A stretch of 64,000 bases of DNA from a virus. The stretch covers positions 21,777 through 85,776 of the IMG/VR virus record IMGVR_UViG_3300046794_000505; one strand, 5' to 3'. The notes below the pieces were generated by a model. The model saw only the letters and a list, made by a program, of their open reading frames with translations. It had not been told where the DNA came from and ran no database searches. The position numbers were made by a program, and so were the translations under genes. This document shows, piece by piece, positions 1 to 9,184 of the stretch. The stretch's first letter is position 1, and each line of letters starts with the position of its first letter.

Positions 1-164
1 AAGTGCCAAGACGGATCTTGGGTGGCGACTGCCTACATAGAGACGCCTGACAAGATTCTTGTCATCGCCGTATCACATGGCAAGAAGATGAATTCGACCT
101 TGAATGACGTTATGTCCAAGGCTATTCAGCGGGTCGAGGCTGGCGAAGTCAATGAGGTGAAACC

Positions 165-371
165 ATGACCCGCATCAGCGCTGGCGAGCTCCGCGCGATA
201 GGGCTGCCAATCCCCGATGACGTGCCGGACTGCGCGTGGATTCCACGATCAGCAATGCTCATTGAGGTCACCGAGGTGACTGCTGAAAACGGAATCCTCA
301 CCACTCATCTAGTCACCAGGTTCAGCGAGCCGTTTAAGTGGGTGAGCGTTACGGGTGAGGTGAAGGAATGA
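165..371 (+). CDS. phage hypothetical protein
   Basis: SD GAGGTG upstream; ATGA overlap with next ORF. Confidence 0.6.
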   Translation: MTRISAGELRAIGLPIPDDVPDCAWIPRSAMLIEVTEVTAENGILTTHLVTRFSEPFKWVSVTGEVKE

Positions 372-742
372 AAATGGTCGAAGTCAAAACTGCCGACCTG
401 ATCGGCAAGCAACTGGATTATGCCGTGGCAGTAGTCGAGGGACATCCGCTGTGTGAGGAGTGCATGTACGGCTCCGACGTGTTGATTATTGGGACCGGGT
501 ACGGCGACTTGGAGGGATTCTCGCCATCCACTCGCTGGATCCAGTGCGGCCCACTGATCGACAAGTATGACGTATGGTTTAACAGCAGGGACCACCACGA
601 GCGAATTGCCGCATGGGCAAACACCAATACGCCCAGCGTAAAAATTCTGGGATGCGGTAAAAGCCGACTCACAGCAGCATGCAGAGCCATCGTTCAGGCA
701 AAGCTCGGCCCCATGGTCAGCGTTCCCGAGGAGGTCGAATGA
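368..742 (+). CDS. NinX/DUF2591-family phage protein
   Basis: 'LIGKQLDYAVA...FSPSTRW...GPLIDKY...LTAACRAIVQAKLG' pattern. Confidence 0.75.
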   Translation: MKMVEVKTADLIGKQLDYAVAVVEGHPLCEECMYGSDVLIIGTGYGDLEGFSPSTRWIQCGPLIDKYDVWFNSRDHHERIAAWANTNTPSVKILGCGKSRLTAACRAIVQAKLGPMVSVPEEVE

Positions 743-1014
743 CGCCCGAAGATATCGCCTACCTTCAGGCCGAACTGTCGATGGCGCAGAAAGAGGGGCT
801 GCCGGCCACCCTGGTCCGGATCCCTGAGCTGCAATCGCTGCTTGATCGCTTGGCGCGGGCGATCGCCGCCGCACCGCCAGGCGTGAACATCTTCGGCTTC
901 GTCCGCCCGGGCGAGGCCAAGGATTTCCGCTCCGGCGCGCTGCCCTCCCTGCGCGTGCGCCGCAGCATCACCGAGTGGCACACCGAACCGCTGTTTATTG
1001 GAGTAAAGGCATGA
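739..1014 (+). CDS. phage hypothetical protein (start MTPED)
   Basis: GAGGAGG SD; ATGA coupling at both ends. Confidence 0.6.
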   Translation: MTPEDIAYLQAELSMAQKEGLPATLVRIPELQSLLDRLARAIAAAPPGVNIFGFVRPGEAKDFRSGALPSLRVRRSITEWHTEPLFIGVKA

Positions 1015-1331
1015 AACACCAATTCAAGCCGGGGGATCCGGCGCTGATCCGACCTAATAAAAAAGTACCGCATCTGGTTGGTAAATCTGTTGAGTTGGTA
1101 TTGGCTGTCGGCCCTGGTGAATCGGCTACGTATGCCGGATCGCTTTGGCATAACACAGTTGGAATCGAACCATCATGGATAGTCACCGGTGAAGGTCTTG
1201 ACTGCGACCATTCACACGAAGGTATTCGCCGTCGACCTGACGGCTTATCATTTTTCAGGGAAAGTCTGCTGATGCCCTTGCGCGGTGACTTTGCGCCAGA
1301 GGACCAGCGTATTGAGGAACTGACAGCATGA
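1011..1331 (+). CDS. phage hypothetical protein, paralogue of 1328-1636
   Basis: MKHQFKPGD...LMPLRGDFAPE; coupled start/stop. Confidence 0.65.
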   Translation: MKHQFKPGDPALIRPNKKVPHLVGKSVELVLAVGPGESATYAGSLWHNTVGIEPSWIVTGEGLDCDHSHEGIRRRPDGLSFFRESLLMPLRGDFAPEDQRIEELTA

Positions 1332-1636
1332 ACCATCAATTCAAGTCAGGCGACATGGCGATGATCATCGGCGCCAACTCGCTCACGCAGAACATCGGCA
1401 AGCAGTGCGAGTTGCGCGAGTACGTGACCAAGGGCGATCGCTACATTGCACCGAATGGCGTGGTCTACCAGCATGAGGATGTTCCGTGCTGGACGCTGGT
1501 AGGTGATGGCCTGGTGGCGGTCGTCGAGGATGAGGTCATTGACCTTGGCTTTGGCATTCACGAGCCGCGCCACCTGATGCCGTTGCCACCTGATCGCGCG
1601 CCCGAGAAGAATCGCGCCAAGGAGCTGACATCATGA
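1328..1636 (+). CDS. phage hypothetical protein, paralogue of 1011-1331
   Basis: MNHQFKSGD...LMPLPPDRAPE; coupled start/stop. Confidence 0.65.
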   Translation: MNHQFKSGDMAMIIGANSLTQNIGKQCELREYVTKGDRYIAPNGVVYQHEDVPCWTLVGDGLVAVVEDEVIDLGFGIHEPRHLMPLPPDRAPEKNRAKELTS

Positions 1637-1944
1637 AATTCGAAGAGGCTGAAAACCATGCTAGCTCAATGATCCGCACGCTCGGCGCTGGCTGGGTGAT
1701 GGACCTGAAGGATGCGCTCGGCTGGCGGTGCCAGGTGAAGAACGGACCGTGCACCGTGACGTTCAACGAGAACTCCCGCGACTACCAGGCCTTCATCCAG
1801 GTAGGCCCGACGTTCAACGCCTACAGCACTGGCCCGGTGACCGCGCTGGATGTTGCCGTGGGGAAACTGGACATCTACCTCAATCGAATCACGGCAGAGC
1901 GCGAGGCGATCGCCAAGATTGTCGCGGGCAAGGAGAAGAGCTGA
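1633..1944 (+). CDS. phage hypothetical protein
   Basis: AGGAG SD; ATGA coupling. Confidence 0.6.
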   Translation: MKFEEAENHASSMIRTLGAGWVMDLKDALGWRCQVKNGPCTVTFNENSRDYQAFIQVGPTFNAYSTGPVTALDVAVGKLDIYLNRITAEREAIAKIVAGKEKS

Positions 1945-2420
1945 TGTCGGCCTGCCAGATCGATGGAAAGCAGTGCACGGCGTGCTGTCGGACGATCACG
2001 CTGCCGCATTCACGTCGCAAGCTGATGGGTATGGTTGGCAAAAAACCACACCTGCGCATTCACGGTGGCGATATCGGTTTTGTCTTGGCCAACTGGAAAC
2101 CGATCAAGCGGCGCATTGCCAAGAAGAAGAACCCGCACCAGGTGCTCAACTACGACCGGAGCAAAACCGGCCAGAAGTGGCGTTCGAACTACTGGCAGTG
2201 CACCAAGGTGACCGACGCTGGCTGTTCGGTCTATGACAGCCGGCCACGCGTATGCAGCGACTTTCCCCTGTACGGTCACAACTATGACGACCTGGCGAAG
2301 ATCTTTGCCGAGCGCAAGGTCGTACCCGAATACCACCCACTGTGCACGGAGTACCCGCGCATCCCTGTCACCGATATCACCCCACCCGCCGGGCCCAGCC
2401 TGGCAAAGGAGATTCAATGA
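1944..2420 (+). CDS. YkgJ-like cysteine-cluster (Fe-S/Zn-binding) protein
   Basis: CxxCC at N-terminus and C...CSVYDSRPRVCSDFP motif; TGATG coupling. Confidence 0.7.
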   Translation: MSACQIDGKQCTACCRTITLPHSRRKLMGMVGKKPHLRIHGGDIGFVLANWKPIKRRIAKKKNPHQVLNYDRSKTGQKWRSNYWQCTKVTDAGCSVYDSRPRVCSDFPLYGHNYDDLAKIFAERKVVPEYHPLCTEYPRIPVTDITPPAGPSLAKEIQ

Positions 2421-2788
2421 GCGACGATCCGAAAGACCCTCAGAGCATCGATCCATCCGAAGTCGGCGACCTGTCGAGCGTGATTGGCAACCTGATGGAC
2501 CCGATCTCTGTCCCTGAGATGGGCATTCCCGTCGACGGGACGCAGAAGAAGACCTACCCCGACAGCACCAACGTGTTCTGTGTGGAATACACGTTCCCGA
2601 CGCGCGAGCTGCTGGTCGAGTTCGCCAATGGCGGTGTCTACCGCTACAGCGATGTGCCGGTGGAGATCTGGCGCGGTTTCCAGCGGGCCGACAGTGCTGG
2701 GAAGTTCCTGGCTGCTGAAGTCCGCGGCAAGTTCAAGTCAGCAAAGGTAGAGCTCGCGCCATCCACCACCGACTTCCCCGAGCTCTAA
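2417..2788 (+). CDS. KTSC domain protein
   Basis: 'STNV..VEY....RELLVEFANGGVYRYSDVP......F..ADSAGKFL..EVRGKF'. Confidence 0.8.
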   Translation: MSDDPKDPQSIDPSEVGDLSSVIGNLMDPISVPEMGIPVDGTQKKTYPDSTNVFCVEYTFPTRELLVEFANGGVYRYSDVPVEIWRGFQRADSAGKFLAAEVRGKFKSAKVELAPSTTDFPEL

Positions 2789-2794
2789 CCCCAC

Positions 2795-2810
2795 GTCGTG
2801 ACCCCATGGT
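2795..2810 (+). promoter_or_regulatory. putative late promoter element GTCGTGAC-CC-CATGGT
   Basis: Copy of the 12x recurring motif; intergenic, 29 nt before ATG 2840. Confidence 0.6.
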
Positions 2811-2839
2811 GACCCTAAATCACCCATAGAGTCGCCACC

Positions 2840-3157
2840 ATGAACGAAACATTCACCACCAGCCCAACCAGCGGGCGACTCAATTACTCGGGGTCGTTCG
2901 CGGTTGGCACTTCGGTTGCAGTCATCATTCCGAAATCAGCCGGTCGGCAGATTGGCATTTCCCTGCTGCCAACGGGCACCGCGCGCGTCGAATACACCCT
3001 CTCTCCTGAGTCCTTCATCGCCGCCGGCACGGCCACCTGGCAACCATGGGCAAAGGGCGATGTAGCTTCTTATGCCGATGACGTCATGCTGATCCCCGCG
3101 ACCGCCGTCCGGTGCGTGGTGACCTCTGCCGCAGCCACGCTGCAGATGGTGCTCTGA
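2840..3157 (+). CDS. hypothetical protein, possibly virion-associated
   Basis: Beta-rich composition; follows late-promoter motif; coupled to fibre-like gene. Confidence 0.55.
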   Translation: MNETFTTSPTSGRLNYSGSFAVGTSVAVIIPKSAGRQIGISLLPTGTARVEYTLSPESFIAAGTATWQPWAKGDVASYADDVMLIPATAVRCVVTSAAATLQMVL

Positions 3158-3738
3158 TGAGTATCTGGGGCAGCGATCAGGGCGGGGCAGTTCCGGCCAA
3201 CACGGACGCACTCAGCGAGGGGGCGACCAACAAATACTTCACCGCAGCACGAGCGATTGCGGCCGCCTTGACCGGGTTGAACCTGGTGACGTCCGGGGCT
3301 ATCACGGCAGCGGACACGATCCTGTCCGCGCTTGGCAAGGTTCAGGTGCAGATCACCGGGCTGCTGAACACCAAGGCAAATCTGGCGAGCCCGACCTTCA
3401 CTGGCACCGTATCGGGCATCACCGCGTCGATGATCGGCCTGACCGACACCAATTACGGCTACTCGGCGCCGACGACAGGCCAGACCATCCAGCTCGCGAA
3501 CGGGATCAACGACTACACCGTGAATCCGGCCGGCACTATCGCGGCGCTCACGGTGAACCTGCCGACGACGCCGGTGGACGGGCAAACCATCACCTTGTCA
3601 TCCACTCAAGTCGTCACGGTGTTCACGCTCACCGCACCATCCGGCACCCTGTTCAATGCGCCGGCCGCCATGGCAACCGGCCAAACGATCGAGTACAAGT
3701 ACCTCGCCACCCAGGGCTTCTGGATCCGCAAGCGGTAA
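3157..3738 (+). CDS. fibre/decoration-like virion protein
   Basis: Fibre-type segments 'TDALSEGATNKYFT', 'DTILSALGKVQ', 'KANLASPTFTGTV'; T/A/G-rich. Confidence 0.6.
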   Translation: MSIWGSDQGGAVPANTDALSEGATNKYFTAARAIAAALTGLNLVTSGAITAADTILSALGKVQVQITGLLNTKANLASPTFTGTVSGITASMIGLTDTNYGYSAPTTGQTIQLANGINDYTVNPAGTIAALTVNLPTTPVDGQTITLSSTQVVTVFTLTAPSGTLFNAPAAMATGQTIEYKYLATQGFWIRKR

Positions 3739-5796
3739 CTACACCTCTCCGTCGTCGTACTCCCGCACCGCGAACATGTCGCACCCTGGATCCTTCTTCT
3801 GAACGATGAAGTTTCTCAGGGTGCAGCGGCCTGTGTCTGGATCGAACGCCGAACACCGTCCACACACACCCTGCGGTAGCGGATCGACCATCGCCACCAC
3901 ATGCGCTGGCAAGCCTGGCATTGCTTCCACGATTGCCTCCTGACCTGGGGTCTGGGTTTTCTCTTGGGGTAGGATGAACGTTGAGGTTCCGTGCGCACGC
4001 GACCAAGCCACATCGCACAGCTGGTTGGCATAGCTGAAGTGGGGGTCAATGCCGACCTTCTGCACCTTGCGCTTGTACTGGTTGGTCTCTTCGTCCTTTT
4101 CGGCGACCAGCGCCGTCTTGGTGAAGTGATGGAACGCGCGACGCGCAGGTGACGCCGTGATGATGCCTTCCTTGTCGCGGATGTCGTCCTGCACGATCTG
4201 GTCAGGATCCGGCCATAGGCAGGTTGGCGGATCCGAGGTGAATCGCGCCAGGGAGATCTGCATGGTGCGGAACTGATCGGCCTTCACCGTCCAGCGGCTG
4301 CGCATTTCGTCATCGGTGCGACGATCAGAGGCGTCCACCTTGCCGCGGTCGTGCCATTCGATCAACTCGCCATTTGTCAGAGCTCCGAAGCCGTCACAGA
4401 TGAACACGCGGCCAGGGTGACGCTTGGCGAAGGCGTGGGCCTCGTTGAAGTTCGGGTTGCCCTCCACCACGCAGCAGGCGACCCCATAATGGTTCATCAG
4501 CTCCGAGCAGCGACCGAACGGATCCTCACTGTAGATTTCCTCGATATGGACCACCGCCTGGCTGCCATCCTCCAGGCGCTTCTTGATGATCATGGCGTTG
4601 AACTGACCCATCTGGTCAATCCCGGCGAATGTGCCCTTCCCTCCCTTCTCCCACTTCAGCCCACGCTCAACCCCGTAGCGAACGCAGCGGTTCATATGCT
4701 CGAGCGTCACCGGGATCTGATCCGGGTTCAGGTACGGCTTCCCCAGCACCCGGTTGTAGAAGTTCTTCTTGTCGGTCGAGATCTGCCACTTGTACATGAT
4801 CTCGCCCGGAGTGATCGTCGGCGAGAGCATCTGCGGGAAGTGGGCCGACAGGATCAGGGCCTTGCTCGGATCGCCGGCGATCCACTCACCGTCTTGCGGA
4901 TCATCGATCCAGTGACCGGATTCGCAGACGTAACGGTACAGGCCGGGGATGCCTGTCAGGGAATCCACTGCATAAGGATCCCACTGGATGCACGCCGGGA
5001 AATAGTCGTCGAGCGGTTTCATGGCATCGCAGGTCGGACATCGCGTATGGAACGCGTGCCGGCTGCCCAGCAGGTACATCGCGTGGATGTCCGATTCTGG
5101 CCAGTTGGCTGTCGAGCCCATCAGCACATAACGGTACTGTGAGGCCGACACCCGCTCCATGGTTTTCTCGATCTGGGCCGAGGTCATCTCCTGGACCTCG
5201 TCGAAGTTCAAAAAGTCCATCGGGACGGATTCTGTTGTGGCGCGGCCGGACGTCCAGGCGAACAGGTACAGCGCATCGCCGATCTGACGGACCGAGACGT
5301 TGCCCTCGCCGCTCTTGCGCCCGTTGCCGTCCATGGCCTCCATGGTCATGCGTTTGTGCGCCTCGGGCACAGTGCGCACGATCGGCATGAAACGGACGCT
5401 GGATTTGATCTGCGCCAAGCGCTGGTCGGGCAGGAACATCCCAATGGTGCACGGCTGGAATTTCAGACCGAGGTAGATCGAGGCGAGGATTTCCATGATG
5501 GTGAACCCCACCTGGGCACACTTCATCAGTACCAGCTGGCGCCGGTAGCACTCTTTCATGGTCGAGGGGATTTGATCATATAGCCAGGCCATCGCTGGGC
5601 GGTCATGGAGCGTGAACGGTTTCCCGTCGACCTTCAGGCCTTTGCGCCCAAGATCCTCGCACCACTCACGGAACGTGACATCGTCCTCGACAGCCTTGTC
5701 CTCAAGCTTGAACCCAGTCTTCTGCTCGAGCCGGGCCAGCATGTCGGTGAGCCCACCGCGATAATCGATTTTCCCCGTTCCGCTGCCGTATGCCAC
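3739..5796 (-). CDS. terminase large subunit (gpA family)
   Basis: Walker A-like KCAQVGFT, Walker B FLNFDEV, CPTC/C..GH zinc segment, nuclease AGIDQM. Confidence 0.85.
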   Translation of the reverse strand: MAYGSGTGKIDYRGGLTDMLARLEQKTGFKLEDKAVEDDVTFREWCEDLGRKGLKVDGKPFTLHDRPAMAWLYDQIPSTMKECYRRQLVLMKCAQVGFTIMEILASIYLGLKFQPCTIGMFLPDQRLAQIKSSVRFMPIVRTVPEAHKRMTMEAMDGNGRKSGEGNVSVRQIGDALYLFAWTSGRATTESVPMDFLNFDEVQEMTSAQIEKTMERVSASQYRYVLMGSTANWPESDIHAMYLLGSRHAFHTRCPTCDAMKPLDDYFPACIQWDPYAVDSLTGIPGLYRYVCESGHWIDDPQDGEWIAGDPSKALILSAHFPQMLSPTITPGEIMYKWQISTDKKNFYNRVLGKPYLNPDQIPVTLEHMNRCVRYGVERGLKWEKGGKGTFAGIDQMGQFNAMIIKKRLEDGSQAVVHIEEIYSEDPFGRCSELMNHYGVACCVVEGNPNFNEAHAFAKRHPGRVFICDGFGALTNGELIEWHDRGKVDASDRRTDDEMRSRWTVKADQFRTMQISLARFTSDPPTCLWPDPDQIVQDDIRDKEGIITASPARRAFHHFTKTALVAEKDEETNQYKRKVQKVGIDPHFSYANQLCDVAWSRAHGTSTFILPQEKTQTPGQEAIVEAMPGLPAHVVAMVDPLPQGVCGRCSAFDPDTGRCTLRNFIVQKKDPGCDMFAVREYDDGEV

Positions 5797-5830
5797 TAGA
5801 TCCGCCTTCCGTGAAGTTTCGCCGATTGTA

Positions 5831-6043
5831 TCAGTGAACCACCTCAGCCACGAACCAGTCGATGCGGATGTTTTCAGGTTTCAGAGGGCGGCCGCAGGAT
5901 GAGCAGACATCGCACTGCGAATACTGCCCGTGGATGTCGTAGGCCTTGTCGAAGTAGATGTGCTTTTCGAGGCTGAGGTCATCACCGTAATGAAACGCCA
6001 CCCGGCCGCATCCGGCCATGTCCAGCAGTGAATAGAGGGCCAT
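5831..6043 (-). CDS. small Cys-rich hypothetical protein
   Basis: GGAGAA SD; CG...CSSCG. Confidence 0.55.
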   Translation of the reverse strand: MALYSLLDMAGCGRVAFHYGDDLSLEKHIYFDKAYDIHGQYSQCDVCSSCGRPLKPENIRIDWFVAEVVH

Positions 6044-6082
6044 GGCCGTTCTCCGGTGATGCGCCTGATTTGGCGCAGGTGT

Positions 6083-6397
6083 TTATTCGCCGTTGTGCAG
6101 GCGACTTTTCAGCTCGTAGCCCATCAGCGGCCATAACTCTTGGGTAGCATTTTCGATGGCAATCTTCTCGCCAATCTCGGCATTGTCGTTCGCCGAGGAC
6201 GCGCTGGCGGATGGTCGTCCGGTGACAGCAAAGCCGTTCTGCGTAGTCAGCACTGCCCAGCGCAATACCTGCCCAGACGGGGACACGTGCTTGACGATTT
6301 CGATGTGAGCAATGTTCGCCTTCAGAGTTTCCAGGGTGATACGTGGCGCCGTAAGACCCTTGGCTTGGATTTCGTTTTCGATTTCTTTGTCGCTCAT
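6083..6397 (-). CDS. Gp49/66-family phage protein
   Basis: 'APRIT......I...VLTTQNGFAVTG..ASAS..N.NAEIGEKIA.ENA.QELWPLMGYELK'. Confidence 0.8.
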   Translation of the reverse strand: MSDKEIENEIQAKGLTAPRITLETLKANIAHIEIVKHVSPSGQVLRWAVLTTQNGFAVTGRPSASASSANDNAEIGEKIAIENATQELWPLMGYELKSRLHNGE

Positions 6398-6437
6398 GAG
6401 AACATTCTCGAATAGGTCGCCATCCGTGGCGATGGGG

Positions 6438-7187
6438 TCAAGGGTATTGAGGTGTTGGCACTTCTGCGGGGACTTCGGGTGCGACGGCTTCGGTTACCGG
6501 CGGTGCTGGTTGATCAGTTGGCGCAACGGTATCGACAGGCGCCGGTGCTGGCACTTCCGGTTCCGGTGCCGGACTCACATCAGCCGGCAACGACAGGGCT
6601 TCAACAACTGTCCATGGAGCAGCCATTTCTGGAACCAGGACTGGCGCCGGCTCAGTTGGCGATACAGCTTCCGCCAGAACCGGTGCAGGGGCCGGCTCAT
6701 CAGTAGGCGATGTACCGTCGAGAGCCGCTGGTACAGTTTCGGCTACGGTCGGTACACCGATAACCGCCGAAGCAACCGGTTCTGGAACAGCCTCCGGAAC
6801 CTCGACGGCAGCCGCAGGAACTTGAACGCCACCGACCGGGGCATCAGCAGGATTCTGGGCGGCTGTCGGAATAGGCGAATGCGGCACCCAGTTTTCGGCG
6901 AAGGCCGTGCGCACATGGTCGATTACTTCTGCCGCCAACAAATTGCCCATGCCGCTGTACGCCAGGAAGTGCTGAAAATCTTCTTCCATGGTATGGAACA
7001 GCGTGGCCGGCGCAGGGTCTGCAGCCTTGACTGGATCCGCCAGCAATCCGGTAGCTACTTCGGTCAGGCGGCAGATCAAGCCTTCGATCGATTTATGGGC
7101 GGCGGATGCCCACGCGATGCCCTCAAGCGAACTGGCAAGATTTGAAAGTGCATGAACCGTCTGCATTGCTTTGTCATGTTGTGACAT
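6438..7187 (-). CDS. hypothetical protein with Pro/Ala/Glu-rich low-complexity C-terminus
   Basis: GAGGA SD before MSQHDK; open frame. Confidence 0.55.
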   Translation of the reverse strand: MSQHDKAMQTVHALSNLASSLEGIAWASAAHKSIEGLICRLTEVATGLLADPVKAADPAPATLFHTMEEDFQHFLAYSGMGNLLAAEVIDHVRTAFAENWVPHSPIPTAAQNPADAPVGGVQVPAAAVEVPEAVPEPVASAVIGVPTVAETVPAALDGTSPTDEPAPAPVLAEAVSPTEPAPVLVPEMAAPWTVVEALSLPADVSPAPEPEVPAPAPVDTVAPTDQPAPPVTEAVAPEVPAEVPTPQYP

Positions 7188-7232
7188 CTGGTATTTCCTC
7201 AAATGAGTTACGCCGTCCTTGGCGCGGAATGG

Positions 7233-7526
7233 TCAGATCTGGAGGCGATGCAGGGCATTCGAAAGGCGCCCAATGTTATGGCCGTTTCTATCCAGCAGTT
7301 CGCTGAGGGAGATAGCCAATGGTGACGATGGACCACAAGCTTTCAATCCTGCCGCTTCCCCGGCTGCTGGAGACTCGGGAGCAAGAACAGTTGCCAGTCG
7401 GTCGAGAATAGCTTGCACCCGATCGCTCAAATCATCTGCCTGGCGCTCAAGACGAGCCAAATAGTCTGGGACTTCCGCAGCCTTCTGATCAGCATCATGT
7501 GATGCGGCCTTCAAATTTCCACTCAT
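7233..7526 (-). CDS. hypothetical coiled-coil protein
   Basis: AGGGG SD; heptad pattern. Confidence 0.55.
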   Translation of the reverse strand: MSGNLKAASHDADQKAAEVPDYLARLERQADDLSDRVQAILDRLATVLAPESPAAGEAAGLKACGPSSPLAISLSELLDRNGHNIGRLSNALHRLQI

Positions 7527-7574
7527 CAGTATTACCCCTGTTATATGCGCGAGAGTGCGCGGTGCTGCGTGTAT

Positions 7575-7949
7575 TTACCAGAGATCTTCGGAGAAGAGCT
7601 CGCGTGGATGCGATGGCTGGATATCACGCTCCACAGCAAGTTCTCGCGCTTCGGCCCGATTCAGGAACCGGCCATTCTTGGTCAGGAAACCATGTACCGC
7701 ACCCGCCTTGAACCCGGATTCATTGGACTCCCATTTCGCAGAAATCACGTTATGGTGTCGACATGGCTTTGCGCACCAATGGATGATTCCACCTTCGAGG
7801 ATGGCGGCCGCCATGATCTCGTCAGCGCCCTCGTTTCGTTTCGCGTTTCGTCTCTCGACCCCGTCCCAGTGCTTCATGGTCTGAAGGACTGGACCTTGGG
7901 TATAAGCAGGTGTCGGAGCGTTGGCAAGTGCAGCATTCAAAGCGGTCAT
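7575..7949 (-). CDS. phage hypothetical protein
   Basis: AAGGA SD; 'PCRHH...GFLTKNGRFLNRAEA...LFSEDLW' recurrent phage motif. Confidence 0.65.
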   Translation of the reverse strand: MTALNAALANAPTPAYTQGPVLQTMKHWDGVERRNAKRNEGADEIMAAAILEGGIIHWCAKPCRHHNVISAKWESNESGFKAGAVHGFLTKNGRFLNRAEARELAVERDIQPSHPRELFSEDLW

Positions 7950-8055
7950 GGCGTGTTCCTTCAGCGACCGAAACGGTGGACGTAGACGTAAGCGAACCAG
8001 GCAGATGCGAGCAGCATATTGACGACCTCGAAGGGTGTTGCGCCAGTGAGGTCTG

Positions 8056-8071
8056 ATCATTGAGTCACGAG
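8056..8071 (-). promoter_or_regulatory. putative late promoter element CTCGTGAC-TC-AATGAT
   Basis: Motif copy at the end of 8057-8464, facing a ~100 nt gap before 7949. Confidence 0.4.
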
Positions 8072-8464
8072 TGAGGTGGGGATCAACATCTCGCCATCTG
8101 AGTCCATAGACATCTTGGCGAGGACGATGCAGCGGGAGGCGGCGACCATGTGGTCTTGGCCGTCCATTGGGTAGTAGCGGCCGGGGATGCCTGGCTTGGC
8201 CACAACAGGTCCTGACTTACCAGCCGCATCCTTGGTGCCCAGTGTTGCGAAGTTCATTCGCCATTTCAGAATAAGCGGGCCGATATGATTCCAATCGGAA
8301 GAGGGGGAGAATCGGCGAAGATCGCCGATGCCGGTCCCTATCAGGATCATGTCCGTCTGGCAGGCTTCGGCGGTAAGAGGAAGCTCCAGCGCTCTTGCCA
8401 CAGCCCAGTCGAGCGCTATGCCCGTGAGCCGTGATATTTTTACAGCGACCATTTCAGCCGACAT
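8057..8464 (-). CDS. NinX/DUF2591-family phage protein (second copy)
   Basis: 'LTGIALDWAVA...FSPSSDW..IGPLI...AASRCIV'. Confidence 0.7.
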   Translation of the reverse strand: MSAEMVAVKISRLTGIALDWAVARALELPLTAEACQTDMILIGTGIGDLRRFSPSSDWNHIGPLILKWRMNFATLGTKDAAGKSGPVVAKPGIPGRYYPMDGQDHMVAASRCIVLAKMSMDSDGEMLIPTSLVTQ

Positions 8465-8682
8465 CAGTTTCCCTCCACATCCTCGGTGAAAAATTCAGGG
8501 GATAGATCATTCAGACCCAACCCATTGCCACAGGTCTCGCAGACAATCGGGTCGTAATCCGAGACCTGCGATCCATCCAAGTGGCGGCATGGTTCTGCAA
8601 TGACGGGATCTGTCAGTTGCGGCTGACTCGTTCGTTTGAAACAAGGTCCACCGCATCCGTTTACGTGCATCAGCGTCCACAT
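8464..8682 (-). CDS. small Cys-rich hypothetical protein
   Basis: TAATG coupling; GCGG...CETCG. Confidence 0.55.
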   Translation of the reverse strand: MWTLMHVNGCGGPCFKRTSQPQLTDPVIAEPCRHLDGSQVSDYDPIVCETCGNGLGLNDLSPEFFTEDVEGN

Positions 8683-8894
8683 TATGCCTTGCTCCACTCG
8701 TCTGCGGTTGCGCGCGCCCAGCATTCGGCCGTCACGATAATGAAGTTCCTGGTTCCGGTCATGACCTTGTGCATCTCGCCGTCAAACTCGATATAGGTGT
8801 CGTTTTTACGGTGCTCGGGATGCCGATCAATCGTATCCAGCAACTTGCCAGGCTTGCCGTCGGCGCGGCGTTCGTGAATGTCGTATTGGCTCAT
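8682..8894 (-). CDS. hypothetical protein
   Basis: AGGAG SD; coupled. Confidence 0.55.
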   Translation of the reverse strand: MSQYDIHERRADGKPGKLLDTIDRHPEHRKNDTYIEFDGEMHKVMTGTRNFIIVTAECWARATADEWSKA

Positions 8895-9184
8895 GTTTTG
8901 CTCCTTTTTTCCGCAGGTAACCACGTTGAAGCCATGTCGGTCGGTCCATGGTCAGTTGGACTCGACGACTGAGAATCAGCACAAACCGGCCTCTGCCCCG
9001 GATACGGAACCGGTGCCTTGGCGAACAGTTCGCCGAACGCATTGAAGTCTTCGCAGCGGGCATCGCGCCAGATTGTTTCGCCCTCGTCGCGATACCTAAA
9101 ATCTAACACTTCGGCCTGCAACACGAGCTGCCCGAACCAGCCGACGCGGTAGCGGGTGCGTCCGGTTAGATTGCTCATTGCCAT
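8891..9184 (-). CDS. hypothetical protein
   Basis: 'LTGRTRYR.GWFG.LVLQ.E...WRDA' recurrent phage motif. Confidence 0.55.
   Translation of the reverse strand: MAMSNLTGRTRYRVGWFGQLVLQAEVLDFRYRDEGETIWRDARCEDFNAFGELFAKAPVPYPGQRPVCADSQSSSPTDHGPTDMASTWLPAEKRSKT

Noticed and set aside
6438-6860. Tandem DNA repeat array
   Set aside because: Only Pro/Ala/Glu low-complexity coding; no fixed repeat unit.
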